NCBI GenBank assembly: GCA_944373135.1
Contig: CALWAM010000002.1
Coordinates: forward strand, 1 to 32,324
From: an uncultured Bacilli bacterium
GTDB taxonomy: Bacteria; Bacillota_I; Bacilli_A; RF39; UBA660
DNA: 32,324 nt
Reading direction: 5' to 3'
The position numbers were made by a program, and so were the translations under genes. Below the pieces are notes generated by a model. It did not search any database, was not told the origin of the DNA, and was given only the letters and a program-made list of their open reading frames with translations. Shown here in pieces: positions 1 through 8,735 of this stretch (position 1 is its first letter; each line of letters opens with the position of its first letter).

Positions 1-153
1 TTACATTGTATCACAGGTAACAATATGTGTCTTTTTTTATTCCTAATCGGACACTTAACTTTTCAATTTATATTAAATTTTTTGTCATATTATAGATTAT
101 TTATTTTAAAAAAATTTATGATAAATAACTATTTTAAATTAGGTAATTGTACT

Positions 154-181
154 ATATTAAGTTATCCTTGTTTCATAAGAT
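154..181 (+). promoter_or_regulatory. candidate sigma-E-type (mother-cell) promoter of the cotJ operon
   Basis: ATATT (154-158), a 15-nt spacer, then CATAAGAT (174-181) resembles the B. subtilis sigma-E consensus (ATATT / CATACAnT). It lies just upstream of the AGGAGG RBS at 187-192. cotJ is sigma-E dependent in B. subtilis. Confidence 0.25.
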
Positions 182-200
182 ACCTTAGGAGGTATGATTT

Positions 201-635
201 ATGTTATTTGATAATAACGATTTTGATATTAGCTTTTTAGTTGGAGGATATCCTAATATAGAAAATAAAAAATTAGTATATACCAAAGAAGAAGGCTTTT
301 TAAAAGGCAATATGTGGGTTGATGAATATAAACCTTATAAAAATTATAATGCTTATGTAATTAATCCTAGGAATGAGAAGGAGTTGTTAATTTTAAAGTT
401 ATATGAACTTGATTTTGCTATTAATGATCTTAATTTGTATTTGGATTTATATCCAAGTGATAAGGAAATCTATAATTTGTTTGTTAAATACAATAAAGAG
501 TATGAAGAGGTTAAAAATAGTTATGAAAAACTTTATGGACCACTATGTTTAACAGATACTGATTATAACAATTATAAATGGGATGATAATCCTTGGCCTT
601 GGGATAAAATGAGTGGAGGTAGTATGTATGTATAA
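201..635 (+). CDS. cotJB: spore coat protein CotJB, with an N-terminal CotJA-like segment
   Basis: AGGAGG lies 8 nt before the ATG. The C-terminal block YELDFAINDLNLYLDLYPSDKEIYNLFVKYNKEYEEVKNSYEKLYGPL matches the CotJB pattern (LYLDTHP...YE..YGPL). The N-terminal EEGFLKGNMWVDEYKPY resembles the CotJA C-terminal motif (aL.kGT.f.eL..PY). The gene overlaps cotJC by 8 nt. Confidence 0.7.
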   Translation: MLFDNNDFDISFLVGGYPNIENKKLVYTKEEGFLKGNMWVDEYKPYKNYNAYVINPRNEKELLILKLYELDFAINDLNLYLDLYPSDKEIYNLFVKYNKEYEEVKNSYEKLYGPLCLTDTDYNNYKWDDNPWPWDKMSGGSMYV

Positions 636-1185
636 ATATGTTAAAAAGTTAAATTACCCTATTAATTTGGATAAAAAAGATTTAAAGATGGCTAAATTGG
701 TTATAACGCAATTAGGTGGAGCTAATGGCGAATTAGGTGCGGCATTAAGATATTTTTCTCAAAAATTTACAATGCCTGATGAAAGAGGAAAGGCCTTATT
801 AAATGATATTGCATGTGAAGAATTAGGACACTGCGAAATGATTGCTACTATATTTAGACAATTAACCAAAGATGCAACATTAGAAGAATTAAAAAATGCT
901 GGATTAGATAGTTATTATACTGAACACAATAAAGGAATATATCCAATAAATGCGAGTGGTGTTGCTTTTACTGCCGATTATTTTGCCTCTGTTAATGATG
1001 TATTTGCTAATTTATCTGAAGATATGGCTGCAGAACAAAAAGCTCGGGTGACATATGAAAATTTAATTGATTTATGTACTGATGATAAATTAAGAGGAGT
1101 TTTATTATTCTTAAGACAAAGAGAAATTGTGCATTTTAATCGGTTTAAAGAATTATATGATTTTTATAAAAAGAAATATAATTAA
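628..1185 (+). CDS. cotJC: spore coat protein CotJC (manganese catalase / ferritin-like family)
   Basis: The translation has the CotJC/Mn-catalase hallmarks GGANGELGAALRYFSQ and EELGHCEMI, plus a C-terminal REIVHFNRF. I prefer the ATG at 628, with GGAGGT 7 nt upstream, over the GTG at 613 in the ORF track. Confidence 0.9.
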   Translation: MYKYVKKLNYPINLDKKDLKMAKLVITQLGGANGELGAALRYFSQKFTMPDERGKALLNDIACEELGHCEMIATIFRQLTKDATLEELKNAGLDSYYTEHNKGIYPINASGVAFTADYFASVNDVFANLSEDMAAEQKARVTYENLIDLCTDDKLRGVLLFLRQREIVHFNRFKELYDFYKKKYN

Positions 1186-1208
1186 AAAGAGAATTGTTTC
1201 TCTTTTTT
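1184..1208. terminator. bidirectional rho-independent terminator between cotJC and the convergent ATPase gene
   Basis: AAAAGAGAA-ttgt-TTCTCTTTT hairpin flanked by an A-run and a T-run. The right arm overlaps the ATPase stop codon at 1207-1209. Confidence 0.6.
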
Positions 1209-3828
1209 AAATGATTCTGGGAATATTAAAATGTCTTAAAGTTAATTTACGAATATAATCAACTGGTATAACAGTAATTGATAATAATGATACTATAATA
1301 AATTCTTTAGGCAATAAACCATATGTACGGAAAACCTCACCTCCATGGTATATAAGATATATTTGAACTAAGGCTATAAATAAAAAGATAAACATAAAAA
1401 CTTTATTTTTGGTAAGATTGGCTAAAATATTTAATCTAGTTGTCCTAGCCGAAAAAGCATTAAAAATACCAATAAATATAAATAACGCAAAATAGGCAGT
1501 CATAAAATATTTATAATCCGATGTTGTTCTTATCAAGGTTTTAAATAATGGTAATTTTAAAAATAAAATACATAATAGACTAGAATATAAACCAGTAAAG
1601 AATATTTGACTTAACATGTACTTCGACATAATTGGTTCATTTTTGGGCTTTGGTTCTTCTTTCATATATTCAAGTAGTGGAGGTTCAAATGAAAAGGCAA
1701 TACCAGAAAATGTATCCATTATCATATTTATCCAAAGCATTTGGACAATCGTTACGGGAGTTGAAACGCCAATAAGGGGGCCAATTATGGCAACTGATAA
1801 GGCAGCCATGTTTACGGTTAATTGATATATTATGAATTTGCGAATACTTTTGAAAATCGTTCTTCCATATAAAATAGCCTTAGCGATAGATAAAATATTA
1901 TTATCTAAAATAACTATGTCGGCAGCTTCTTTACTAACTTCTGTTCCACTTCCCATAGCAAAACCAACATCAGCTTTTTTTAAAGCAGGAGCATCATTTA
2001 CTCCATCACCAGTCATGCCAACTACTAAATTATTGTTTTCTAATATTTTTACTAATCGACTTTTATCACTAGGCAATGCACGAGCTATAACTTTAAGATG
2101 GGGATATATTTTAATTATTTCATCGTCAGTTAGTTGATTTAGTTCCTGACTAGTTAATGCTATATCTTCTTCAGAACTTATTATACCAACAGTTTTAGCA
2201 ATACTTTTAGCAGTTAATAAAGCATCTCCAGTAACCATGATAATATTTATATGAGCGTTTTTTATCATTTCAATTGCGGGAATAGCTTCTTTGCGAATGG
2301 TATCTTCTATAACAATTATTCCTAAATAAGTTAAATTATTTAATTTTTTTATTTGATGATAATTTAGGGAAGTACACATAATTAAAACACGACAATTTTT
2401 ATTAGTATAATATTTTATTGTCTTATTTATTTTTTCAATATCTATTTTATTAATAATATTACCATTATTATTATAAGAAGAATTACAATATTTCAATAGC
2501 ACTTCAGGTGCTCCTTTAAGGTAGGTAATTGGGCGCTCTTTTTTAATGGTAATTGAAGAATATTTATTAGTACTATTAAATATTTCTTGATTAATTATTT
2601 CTATTTGATTATTTTTTATTTTGTTAACAAATTTAATTATTGCTTTATCAGTTTGATTTCCCCCAATTATTTCTTTTTTATCATTAAAAGTACTTGAATT
2701 ATTATAAACAAGCGAGTTAATAACTAATGTTTCTAGATTAGGGTAAGATTTTAATTTATCTATAGAATTATATAATTGAAAATCTGGTCCAATGTAATTA
2801 CTTACTTTTAATTTTCCTTCGGTAATTGTTCCAGTTTTATCAGTGAGTAAAACATTTAGACTTCCTGAAGTTTCTATACCAACCAATTTACGTACTAGAA
2901 CATTATTTTTTAACATTCTTTTCATGTTTGATGATAATACTAAAGTAATCATCATCGGTAGTCCTTCTGGCACTGCTACAACTATAATAGTAACAACCAA
3001 AGTTAAAGCATATATCAAATAGCTAAACATTAATTTATAATTCGTAATAGTATTCATAATTAAGTCTATATCAAAGTTATTGTCAATAACTATTACAGAA
3101 AACAAATATGAAATTGTAACCAACAAAGCCCCTATATATCCTATTTTACTAATGAAATTAGCTAATCCCTTTAAGCGGATTTTTAAAGGGCTATCTGGTT
3201 GCTTTTCTTGTATTTCTAAAGCTAATTTCCCATAAACTGTATTAATACCTACTCTAGTTATTTTAATATAAGCTTCATTACTTAAGACGACAGCTCCACG
3301 TAATACAATATTATTTTCTTTAGGTTCATTATTAGGAGAAATAATGGAAGTTTTTTTTATTTCTTTGCTTTCACCATTTAATGATGATTCATCTATTGAA
3401 ATATTACCTTTAATTAAGTAACCATCAGCTGGTATTCTATCTCCGGAAGATAAAAGGACTATATCTCCAACCACAACATCACTTTCAGGAATTTCTATTA
3501 GCTTACCTTCTCTAATTACTTTGCAAAGAATTCTTTCGGCTTCTTTTTGGAGTCGACTAAAGGCCTTTTCACTTCCATATTCACTAATACTAGAAATAAA
3601 TGAAGCGAGAAATATTGCAACTAAAATGCCAATAGTTTCGTACCAATCAAAATCTCTAAATAATACTATGACTTTAATTGCTAAGGCGATTAGTAATATT
3701 TTTATTATAGGATCTCCTAAAGATTCTAATAATAAATGAAGGAAACTATTTTGTTTTATTTTAGTTATTTCATTACTACCATATTTTTTTCTACTATCTT
3801 CTACTTCTTTGTTGCTTAGACCAGTCAT
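1207..3828 (-). CDS. P-type cation-transporting ATPase, Ca2+-type (P2A, YloB/SERCA-like)
   Basis: It has the DKTGTITEG phosphorylation site, PEGLP in TM4, the TGDGVNDAPALKKADVG hinge and an NGES actuator motif, with about 10 hydrophobic segments. The RBS is AAGGAGG. Confidence 0.9.
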   Translation of the reverse strand: MTGLSNKEVEDSRKKYGSNEITKIKQNSFLHLLLESLGDPIIKILLIALAIKVIVLFRDFDWYETIGILVAIFLASFISSISEYGSEKAFSRLQKEAERILCKVIREGKLIEIPESDVVVGDIVLLSSGDRIPADGYLIKGNISIDESSLNGESKEIKKTSIISPNNEPKENNIVLRGAVVLSNEAYIKITRVGINTVYGKLALEIQEKQPDSPLKIRLKGLANFISKIGYIGALLVTISYLFSVIVIDNNFDIDLIMNTITNYKLMFSYLIYALTLVVTIIVVAVPEGLPMMITLVLSSNMKRMLKNNVLVRKLVGIETSGSLNVLLTDKTGTITEGKLKVSNYIGPDFQLYNSIDKLKSYPNLETLVINSLVYNNSSTFNDKKEIIGGNQTDKAIIKFVNKIKNNQIEIINQEIFNSTNKYSSITIKKERPITYLKGAPEVLLKYCNSSYNNNGNIINKIDIEKINKTIKYYTNKNCRVLIMCTSLNYHQIKKLNNLTYLGIIVIEDTIRKEAIPAIEMIKNAHINIIMVTGDALLTAKSIAKTVGIISSEEDIALTSQELNQLTDDEIIKIYPHLKVIARALPSDKSRLVKILENNNLVVGMTGDGVNDAPALKKADVGFAMGSGTEVSKEAADIVILDNNILSIAKAILYGRTIFKSIRKFIIYQLTVNMAALSVAIIGPLIGVSTPVTIVQMLWINMIMDTFSGIAFSFEPPLLEYMKEEPKPKNEPIMSKYMLSQIFFTGLYSSLLCILFLKLPLFKTLIRTTSDYKYFMTAYFALFIFIGIFNAFSARTTRLNILANLTKNKVFMFIFLFIALVQIYLIYHGGEVFRTYGLLPKEFIIVSLLSITVIPVDYIRKLTLRHFNIPRII

Positions 3829-3874
3829 TATATCCTCCTTACATTTAATTGTATGAAGGGGTGTTTATTTTAAT

Positions 3875-3903
3875 GAAAAAAATGAATCAAAATCGATTCA
3901 TTT
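3875..3903 (-). terminator. rho-independent terminator of the ABC transporter gene
   Basis: On the minus strand, AAATGAATC-gatttt-GATTCATTT runs into a T7 tract. The hairpin overlaps the TAA stop at 3902-3904. Confidence 0.5.
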
Positions 3904-6196
3904 ATTCTGTTCTTAAAGCTTCAACAGGGTCTTTTTTACTAGCTATTTTAGCAGGTATTGCTCCACCTATTAAAGTTAAAATAATACTAACAGTTATTAA
4001 TATTAAAGCATGAATTGGATTTAAGATTGCAACTCCTTTTAAATCAGTTAATTTATAGATTATGTTATTTACTGGAATAGTTAAAAGATATGCAATTAAT
4101 ATGCCTAGTAATCCTGATGATAAACCTATTATAAAAGTTTCAGCATTAAATACTCTAGTAATGTCTTTCTTTCTAGCTCCAATAGCTCTTAAAATACCGA
4201 TTTCTTTGGTTCTCTCTAGAACGCTAATATAAGTTATAATACCAATCATAATTGAAGATACAACTAAAGATATTCCAGAGAAAGCTATTAAAACTATTGT
4301 TATAGCATCCATTATTGATCCTGATAATGTTGTTAATATTTCTGATTGATCTATATATATTATTTTATCTTCATCGTTTTTATTTTCATTATACTCATCT
4401 AAGTATGAAGTAATATTTTCTTTAGAAGCAAAGTCTTTTGGATAAATATAGAAATACGCTGGTGTTTTAGATTGCCCAAAATAATTCAATAATTGTTCTT
4501 TTTTTTCGATATCTTCGTCTTTTGATAAGTCGAATTTTTCACCAGTTAAAACATTAAAATCAGATGCTTGTTGAGCTTTTACGATTTCTGAATGAGCATT
4601 TTTATTAATTATTTCATCTATTAAATCATCTCGATAAGATAATCCTGAAGTATTTCCAACTAGTACCTCTTTATCTTCTTTGCCTCTTACAATACCGCTA
4701 ATTGTAAGAGTTATATTATTTTCATTATTATAGATTTCATCTAAATTTTCATTAATAGTGAAATAATTACCGATTTTTTGATAATAATCATCATTAAAAA
4801 CAAATTTAATTTCTTTATTTAATAATTCATCAAAAGATACTTCGTCTTCAAATCCTAGTGACGTTAAAAGATTACTAGAGATTCTATTTTTCATATCAAC
4901 TACTAATAATATTTCATTAGATTTTGTTGGATAACTACCCTTTAATAAATCATAATTTGATTCTAGATATTCATTATAACTACCATCTTTAATAGGAAGA
5001 GGAATAAAAGAATTAGATATATTCAATGGCATTACTTTATTATTATTTTTAACTAAAAGATTTAAATTTGTATAATAACCATATGTAATTCCTGCTATCA
5101 ACCTTTCATCTATATTTTTAATATATTCATAATATTCATTAGTTATATTATTAACATGGACCGGGATAGTTTCTTCCAGTTGATAAGCACTAATTATTTC
5201 ATTTGAAGGATAGTTAGATTCATTACTTATTTCTTCTTGCATAGCAGAAATAGTTTCTTCATCTAAACTAATGCCTTGTTCAGCAATTATGATTGGCATA
5301 TTGGATAGTGAATCTTGTTCAAATTCGTTAATTTTTATGTCAAAACCATTTGATAACGAAAGGATTAGAGCTATACCTATAATTCCTATGGAAGATGCTA
5401 AAGCCGTTAAGAAAGTTCTCCCCTTTTTAGTTTTTATGTTATTAAAAGATAAATTAAGTGCTGAGAGAAAGCTCATTTTTGTTTTTCTAATTTTATATTC
5501 TTTACTAATAGCATTTTTTTCTACTTCATCAGAATCACTAATTATTTTTCCGTCTTTCATATTTACAATACGAGAAGCATAATTTTTAGCTAATTCTTCA
5601 TTATGCGTTACCATAATTACTAATTTTTCTTTAGATATATCTTTAATTAATTCCATTATCTGAATGCTTGTTTTAGAATCTAAAGCTCCGGTTGGTTCAT
5701 CAGCTAAGATAATATCCGGATTATTAACTAAACTACGTGCTATAGCTACTCTTTGCATTTGACCGCCAGATAATTGATTTGGTTTTTTATGAATATGATC
5801 TTTCAATCCGACTTTAGTTAATGCTTCAATGGCTTTATTTCGACGCTCTTTTTTGGATATGCCGCTTAAAGTTAAGGACATTTCAACATTAGCTAAAACC
5901 GATATATGAGTAATTAAATTATAACTTTGGAAAATAAATCCTATACAATTATTACGATAAGCATCCCAATATGCATCAGTAAATTTTTTTGTTGATTTCC
6001 CATTTATTATTAAATCACCACTGTCATATCTATCTAATCCGCCTAAAATATTTAATAGGGTGGTTTTACCACTACCACTTGGGCCTAGAATAGCAACGAA
6101 TTCATGATTTCGAAATTTTAGTGAAACATTATCTAATGCTTGTTGAACAAAATCTCCAGTATGATAACTTTTTTTGATATTTTTTATTTCTAACAT
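3902..6196 (-). CDS. fused ABC transporter ATP-binding protein/permease (MacB/FtsX-type with a large extracytoplasmic domain)
   Basis: It has Walker A GPSGSGKTT, signature LSGGQMQR and Walker B ILADEPTGALD. These are followed by a TM helix, a ~340-aa extracellular region, and a C-terminal FtsX-like three-TM bundle ending DPVEALRTE. Confidence 0.9.
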   Translation of the reverse strand: MLEIKNIKKSYHTGDFVQQALDNVSLKFRNHEFVAILGPSGSGKTTLLNILGGLDRYDSGDLIINGKSTKKFTDAYWDAYRNNCIGFIFQSYNLITHISVLANVEMSLTLSGISKKERRNKAIEALTKVGLKDHIHKKPNQLSGGQMQRVAIARSLVNNPDIILADEPTGALDSKTSIQIMELIKDISKEKLVIMVTHNEELAKNYASRIVNMKDGKIISDSDEVEKNAISKEYKIRKTKMSFLSALNLSFNNIKTKKGRTFLTALASSIGIIGIALILSLSNGFDIKINEFEQDSLSNMPIIIAEQGISLDEETISAMQEEISNESNYPSNEIISAYQLEETIPVHVNNITNEYYEYIKNIDERLIAGITYGYYTNLNLLVKNNNKVMPLNISNSFIPLPIKDGSYNEYLESNYDLLKGSYPTKSNEILLVVDMKNRISSNLLTSLGFEDEVSFDELLNKEIKFVFNDDYYQKIGNYFTINENLDEIYNNENNITLTISGIVRGKEDKEVLVGNTSGLSYRDDLIDEIINKNAHSEIVKAQQASDFNVLTGEKFDLSKDEDIEKKEQLLNYFGQSKTPAYFYIYPKDFASKENITSYLDEYNENKNDEDKIIYIDQSEILTTLSGSIMDAITIVLIAFSGISLVVSSIMIGIITYISVLERTKEIGILRAIGARKKDITRVFNAETFIIGLSSGLLGILIAYLLTIPVNNIIYKLTDLKGVAILNPIHALILITVSIILTLIGGAIPAKIASKKDPVEALRTE

Positions 6197-6219
6197 ATAT
6201 TCACTTCTTTCTATTTAAA

Positions 6220-6248
6220 TATTATACTTTATTTTCTTTCTTTAGCAA
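6220..6248 (-). promoter_or_regulatory. sigma-A-type promoter of the ABC transporter gene
   Basis: Minus strand reads TTGCTA (6248-6243), a 17-nt spacer, then TATAAT (6225-6220), about 25 nt upstream of the ATG. Confidence 0.4.
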
Positions 6249-6285
6249 TATCATACGCCATTATTTCATTTATTTTTCACAAAAT

Positions 6286-6312
6286 AAAGCTGTTGATTTT
6301 TTCAACAGCTTT
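6286..6312 (-). terminator. terminator hairpin downstream of the surface-protein gene
   Basis: Perfect 11-bp stem AAAGCTGTTGA / TCAACAGCTTT with a T/A loop. On the minus strand it is followed by ATTTTGTG. Confidence 0.5.
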
Positions 6313-6333
6313 AGCACCTTATAGTGCGAAGAG

Positions 6334-6392
6334 AATACTTAATGTGTGAGAATTAAGTATTTATTTATAACAAAGTCTTTCGACATTTGTTA
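6334..6392 (-). repeat. two further stem-loops in the 3' region of the surface-protein gene
   Basis: AATACTTAAT-n8-ATTAAGTATT lies at 6334-6361. TAACAAAGTC-tttc-GAC(a)TTTGTTA lies at 6368-6392 and forms 10 bp with one bulge. Confidence 0.4.
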
Positions 6393-6403
6393 CCAATTAT
6401 TTA

Positions 6404-7012
6404 TTAAACGTTATAGAATTTAGAATTTTTTCTAACTACCATTATTACAACTAATGCAACTAATGCGCCGCCACCTAATAAAGCATATGAAGCAAAGGCC
6501 CCAGTATTTGGATCACATTCTTCACCAACACATTCTTCTACGACAAAATCTGGTTCAATACAAATACCTTCACTTGATTCATTAGCATTATCAACAGGTG
6601 TATTATTTACTCTAACATTTTTTAAACAAAAACTACCGCAAGTACCATTTCCGATATCTTGAGCATTTTCACTTAAAGTCATTGTAAATGATCCAACAGA
6701 AACACTACCAGAAATTGCTTCACCAGTTCTTGTAAAATTAATTACAGTATTGGTACTACCATTATTAGCAAAACCAGCTGCTGTGTTAGCAATAGGATTG
6801 CTCATAGTTAAATAATTAGAACTAATTTCAGCAGTAAATGAAGTAATATTATCTGTAAATCCTTGTGCAGTTATAGTACATGTTGTTGATTCTCCTTTTT
6901 TTAATTCATCTTTTTCACATACTAAGCTGACACTTCCTGCATAAGCTTTAATACCAAATCCAAAGGTTGCAACAAATGTTAAAGCAATAAGTTTAGCCGT
7001 ATTTTTTTTCAT
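6404..7012 (-). CDS. secreted cell-wall-anchored surface protein with a cohesin-like beta domain and a DPNTG sorting signal
   Basis: The N-terminal signal peptide is MKKNTAKLIALTFVATFGFGIKAYA. The C-terminus has a tripartite sorting signal: DPNTG, the hydrophobic AFASYALLGGGALVALVVIMVV, and the basic tail RKNSK. The central domain pattern (GESTTCTITAQGF..ITSFTAEISSNYL..ISGSVSVGSFTMTL) looks cohesin-like, but that call is low confidence. Confidence 0.75.
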   Translation of the reverse strand: MKKNTAKLIALTFVATFGFGIKAYAGSVSLVCEKDELKKGESTTCTITAQGFTDNITSFTAEISSNYLTMSNPIANTAAGFANNGSTNTVINFTRTGEAISGSVSVGSFTMTLSENAQDIGNGTCGSFCLKNVRVNNTPVDNANESSEGICIEPDFVVEECVGEECDPNTGAFASYALLGGGALVALVVIMVVRKNSKFYNV

Positions 7013-7091
7013 ATTTACCCTACTTTCTATATTTATCTTTCCCTTATTATGTTTTAATTATAACATATTCTGTAAAAAATAAAAGATTTTT

Positions 7092-7121
7092 TTAGAAAAA
7101 AATGTCAAATTGTGATAAAAT
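7092..7121 (+). promoter_or_regulatory. candidate extended -10 promoter of the sortase gene
   Basis: TTAGAA (7092-7097), an 18-nt spacer, then TGaTAAAAT (7113-7121). Confidence 0.3.
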
Positions 7122-7161
7122 GATTTTAGATAGGAATAATAAAAAGGGAGTAAGATAAATT

Positions 7162-8688
7162 ATGGCTAAAATAATGTTTGAAATAAATAGTAATACTTTA
7201 ATTTTAAATTATAAAAAAAGCATGGATTTTCCCGAAAATTTAACAGATACAAACATTATAAGTCATGATAAGCTGGTATTTTCTACAAAATATATAGATG
7301 TTAATCAAAAATTAGTAAAATTATTTATCAAAGATCTAATAATTGAGAAAAATATTAATTCTGTAATAATAGAAAATCTAGCTATATTAAAAATTTTTGC
7401 TTCCATATTAGATAAAACATTAATTATTGAACGTTTAACAATTCTAGATGATGTAAATTTTTCTTATGAAGCATGTGAAATTTTAATAAAAAGTGGAAAT
7501 ATTAAATTAGTAAACTGTTATGCTATTCCAACATTTATGATAGAGTTACTTGATAAAAATAATATTAAAGTCGAAGCGAGAAGTGAAATACTCTTTGCAA
7601 GTAATTTTATGTTAGAAAATAATCTAAGTAAATTTACTAATATATATTATAAAACATCAATTAGAGTTACGCCAAAATTAAATGAAGCTGATATAGATGA
7701 TTTTAAGTCTTTCTGTTATATCAATAAATATTTAAAAAATATTCATTTTAATAAATATGATAAAGATACTATTCAATTAATTGCTGATATCTTAAAAAAA
7801 TATAAAATTAAAAGAATTAAAATATATATACATGAAAACATTAATAATGCAAAAGATGCCTTAGAATTAAAACAACTAAAGAAAAAGTTATTAAAGGAAT
7901 ATAAATTGTATATAAAAGTTGTTTATTCTAATGAATATATAAAGGATAATTATGCCAAACAAATTATTTTAACTACTTTAAAATATTGTTCTTTGTTAGG
8001 GATTATTATTATATTCGTATCTATTTCTTATATTTTTTTAGATAATAAAATTAGTGAAAGTAATACTAATAAATTTATGGAAGAAATTCATACTATTATT
8101 GAAAATAATACAATCGATACTAATACTGGTGTTTACGTAAGTCCTTTAAATAGTTTATTAGAAATAAATGATGAAACGGTTGGATGGATAAAAGTTAATA
8201 ACACTAACATTGATTATCCAGTGGTTCAACATAGCGATAAAGATTATTATCTAAATCATAACTTCAAAAACGAAAAAGATAGTAATGGATGGGTTTTTAT
8301 GGATCCAAGAAATAACAAAAATAGTTTGGATCAGAATACGATAATTTATGGTCATAATAGATTTTATAGTGGAGTTATGTTTGGTACTTTAGGTAATGTC
8401 TTGAAAGAAGAATGGTATTCTAATCCAGAAAATTTAATTATTACCTTTAATACTTTATATGGAGAATATTCATGGAAAATTTTTTCTATTTATAGTAATC
8501 CTTCCAATGGTGATTATTTAATTACCAAGTTTGATAGTGATATAGAATATAGTAATTTTATTAATATGATTAAAGATAGAAGTATTTTTAATAATGATGT
8601 AGAAGTAAATGTTGATGATAAAATACTTACTTTGTCAACATGTTTAGAAAATGATAAAAGACTTGTAGTACATGCTGTATTGATATAA
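7162..8688 (+). CDS. srtB: class B sortase with a ~270-aa N-terminal cytoplasmic extension
   Basis: The C-terminal ~215 aa carry WIKVNNTNIDYPVVQ, the catalytic His in IIYGHN, the catalytic Cys in TLSTC, and Arg in RLVVHAVL. There is one TM anchor, LKYCSLLGIIIIFVSISYIFL, at about residues 273-293. Residues 1-270 have no TM helix or signal peptide and no motif I recognise. Confidence 0.85.
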   Translation: MAKIMFEINSNTLILNYKKSMDFPENLTDTNIISHDKLVFSTKYIDVNQKLVKLFIKDLIIEKNINSVIIENLAILKIFASILDKTLIIERLTILDDVNFSYEACEILIKSGNIKLVNCYAIPTFMIELLDKNNIKVEARSEILFASNFMLENNLSKFTNIYYKTSIRVTPKLNEADIDDFKSFCYINKYLKNIHFNKYDKDTIQLIADILKKYKIKRIKIYIHENINNAKDALELKQLKKKLLKEYKLYIKVVYSNEYIKDNYAKQIILTTLKYCSLLGIIIIFVSISYIFLDNKISESNTNKFMEEIHTIIENNTIDTNTGVYVSPLNSLLEINDETVGWIKVNNTNIDYPVVQHSDKDYYLNHNFKNEKDSNGWVFMDPRNNKNSLDQNTIIYGHNRFYSGVMFGTLGNVLKEEWYSNPENLIITFNTLYGEYSWKIFSIYSNPSNGDYLITKFDSDIEYSNFINMIKDRSIFNNDVEVNVDDKILTLSTCLENDKRLVVHAVLI

Positions 8689-8717
8689 GCTTTTATCTTT
8701 TTTTTTATTAGTATTTA

Positions 8718-8726
8718 TGGTAAAAT
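8718..8726 (+). promoter_or_regulatory. possible extended -10 element (TGgTAAAAT) ahead of the giant ORF
   Basis: TGGTAAAAT lies 10 nt upstream of the ATG at 8736 and follows a T9 tract at 8698-8706. There is no good -35 element. Confidence 0.25.
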
Positions 8727-8735
8727 ATATTATAT

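Noticed and set aside
25-240. 71-aa ORF at the left edge of the window
   Set aside because: It consists of low-complexity hydrophobic sequence with no RBS. It spans the cotJ promoter/RBS region and overlaps the well-supported cotJB start, so it is most likely a chance ORF.
613-627. Upstream alternative starts from the ORF track: GTG 613 for cotJC, GTG 22056 for addA and ATG 27050 for the M23 peptidase
   Set aside because: In each case a downstream ATG (628, 22047 and 27017) has a much better placed Shine-Dalgarno sequence. Each also gives an N-terminus matching the family (MYKYVKKLNYP, MPNWTKEQ and MQYPVDY).
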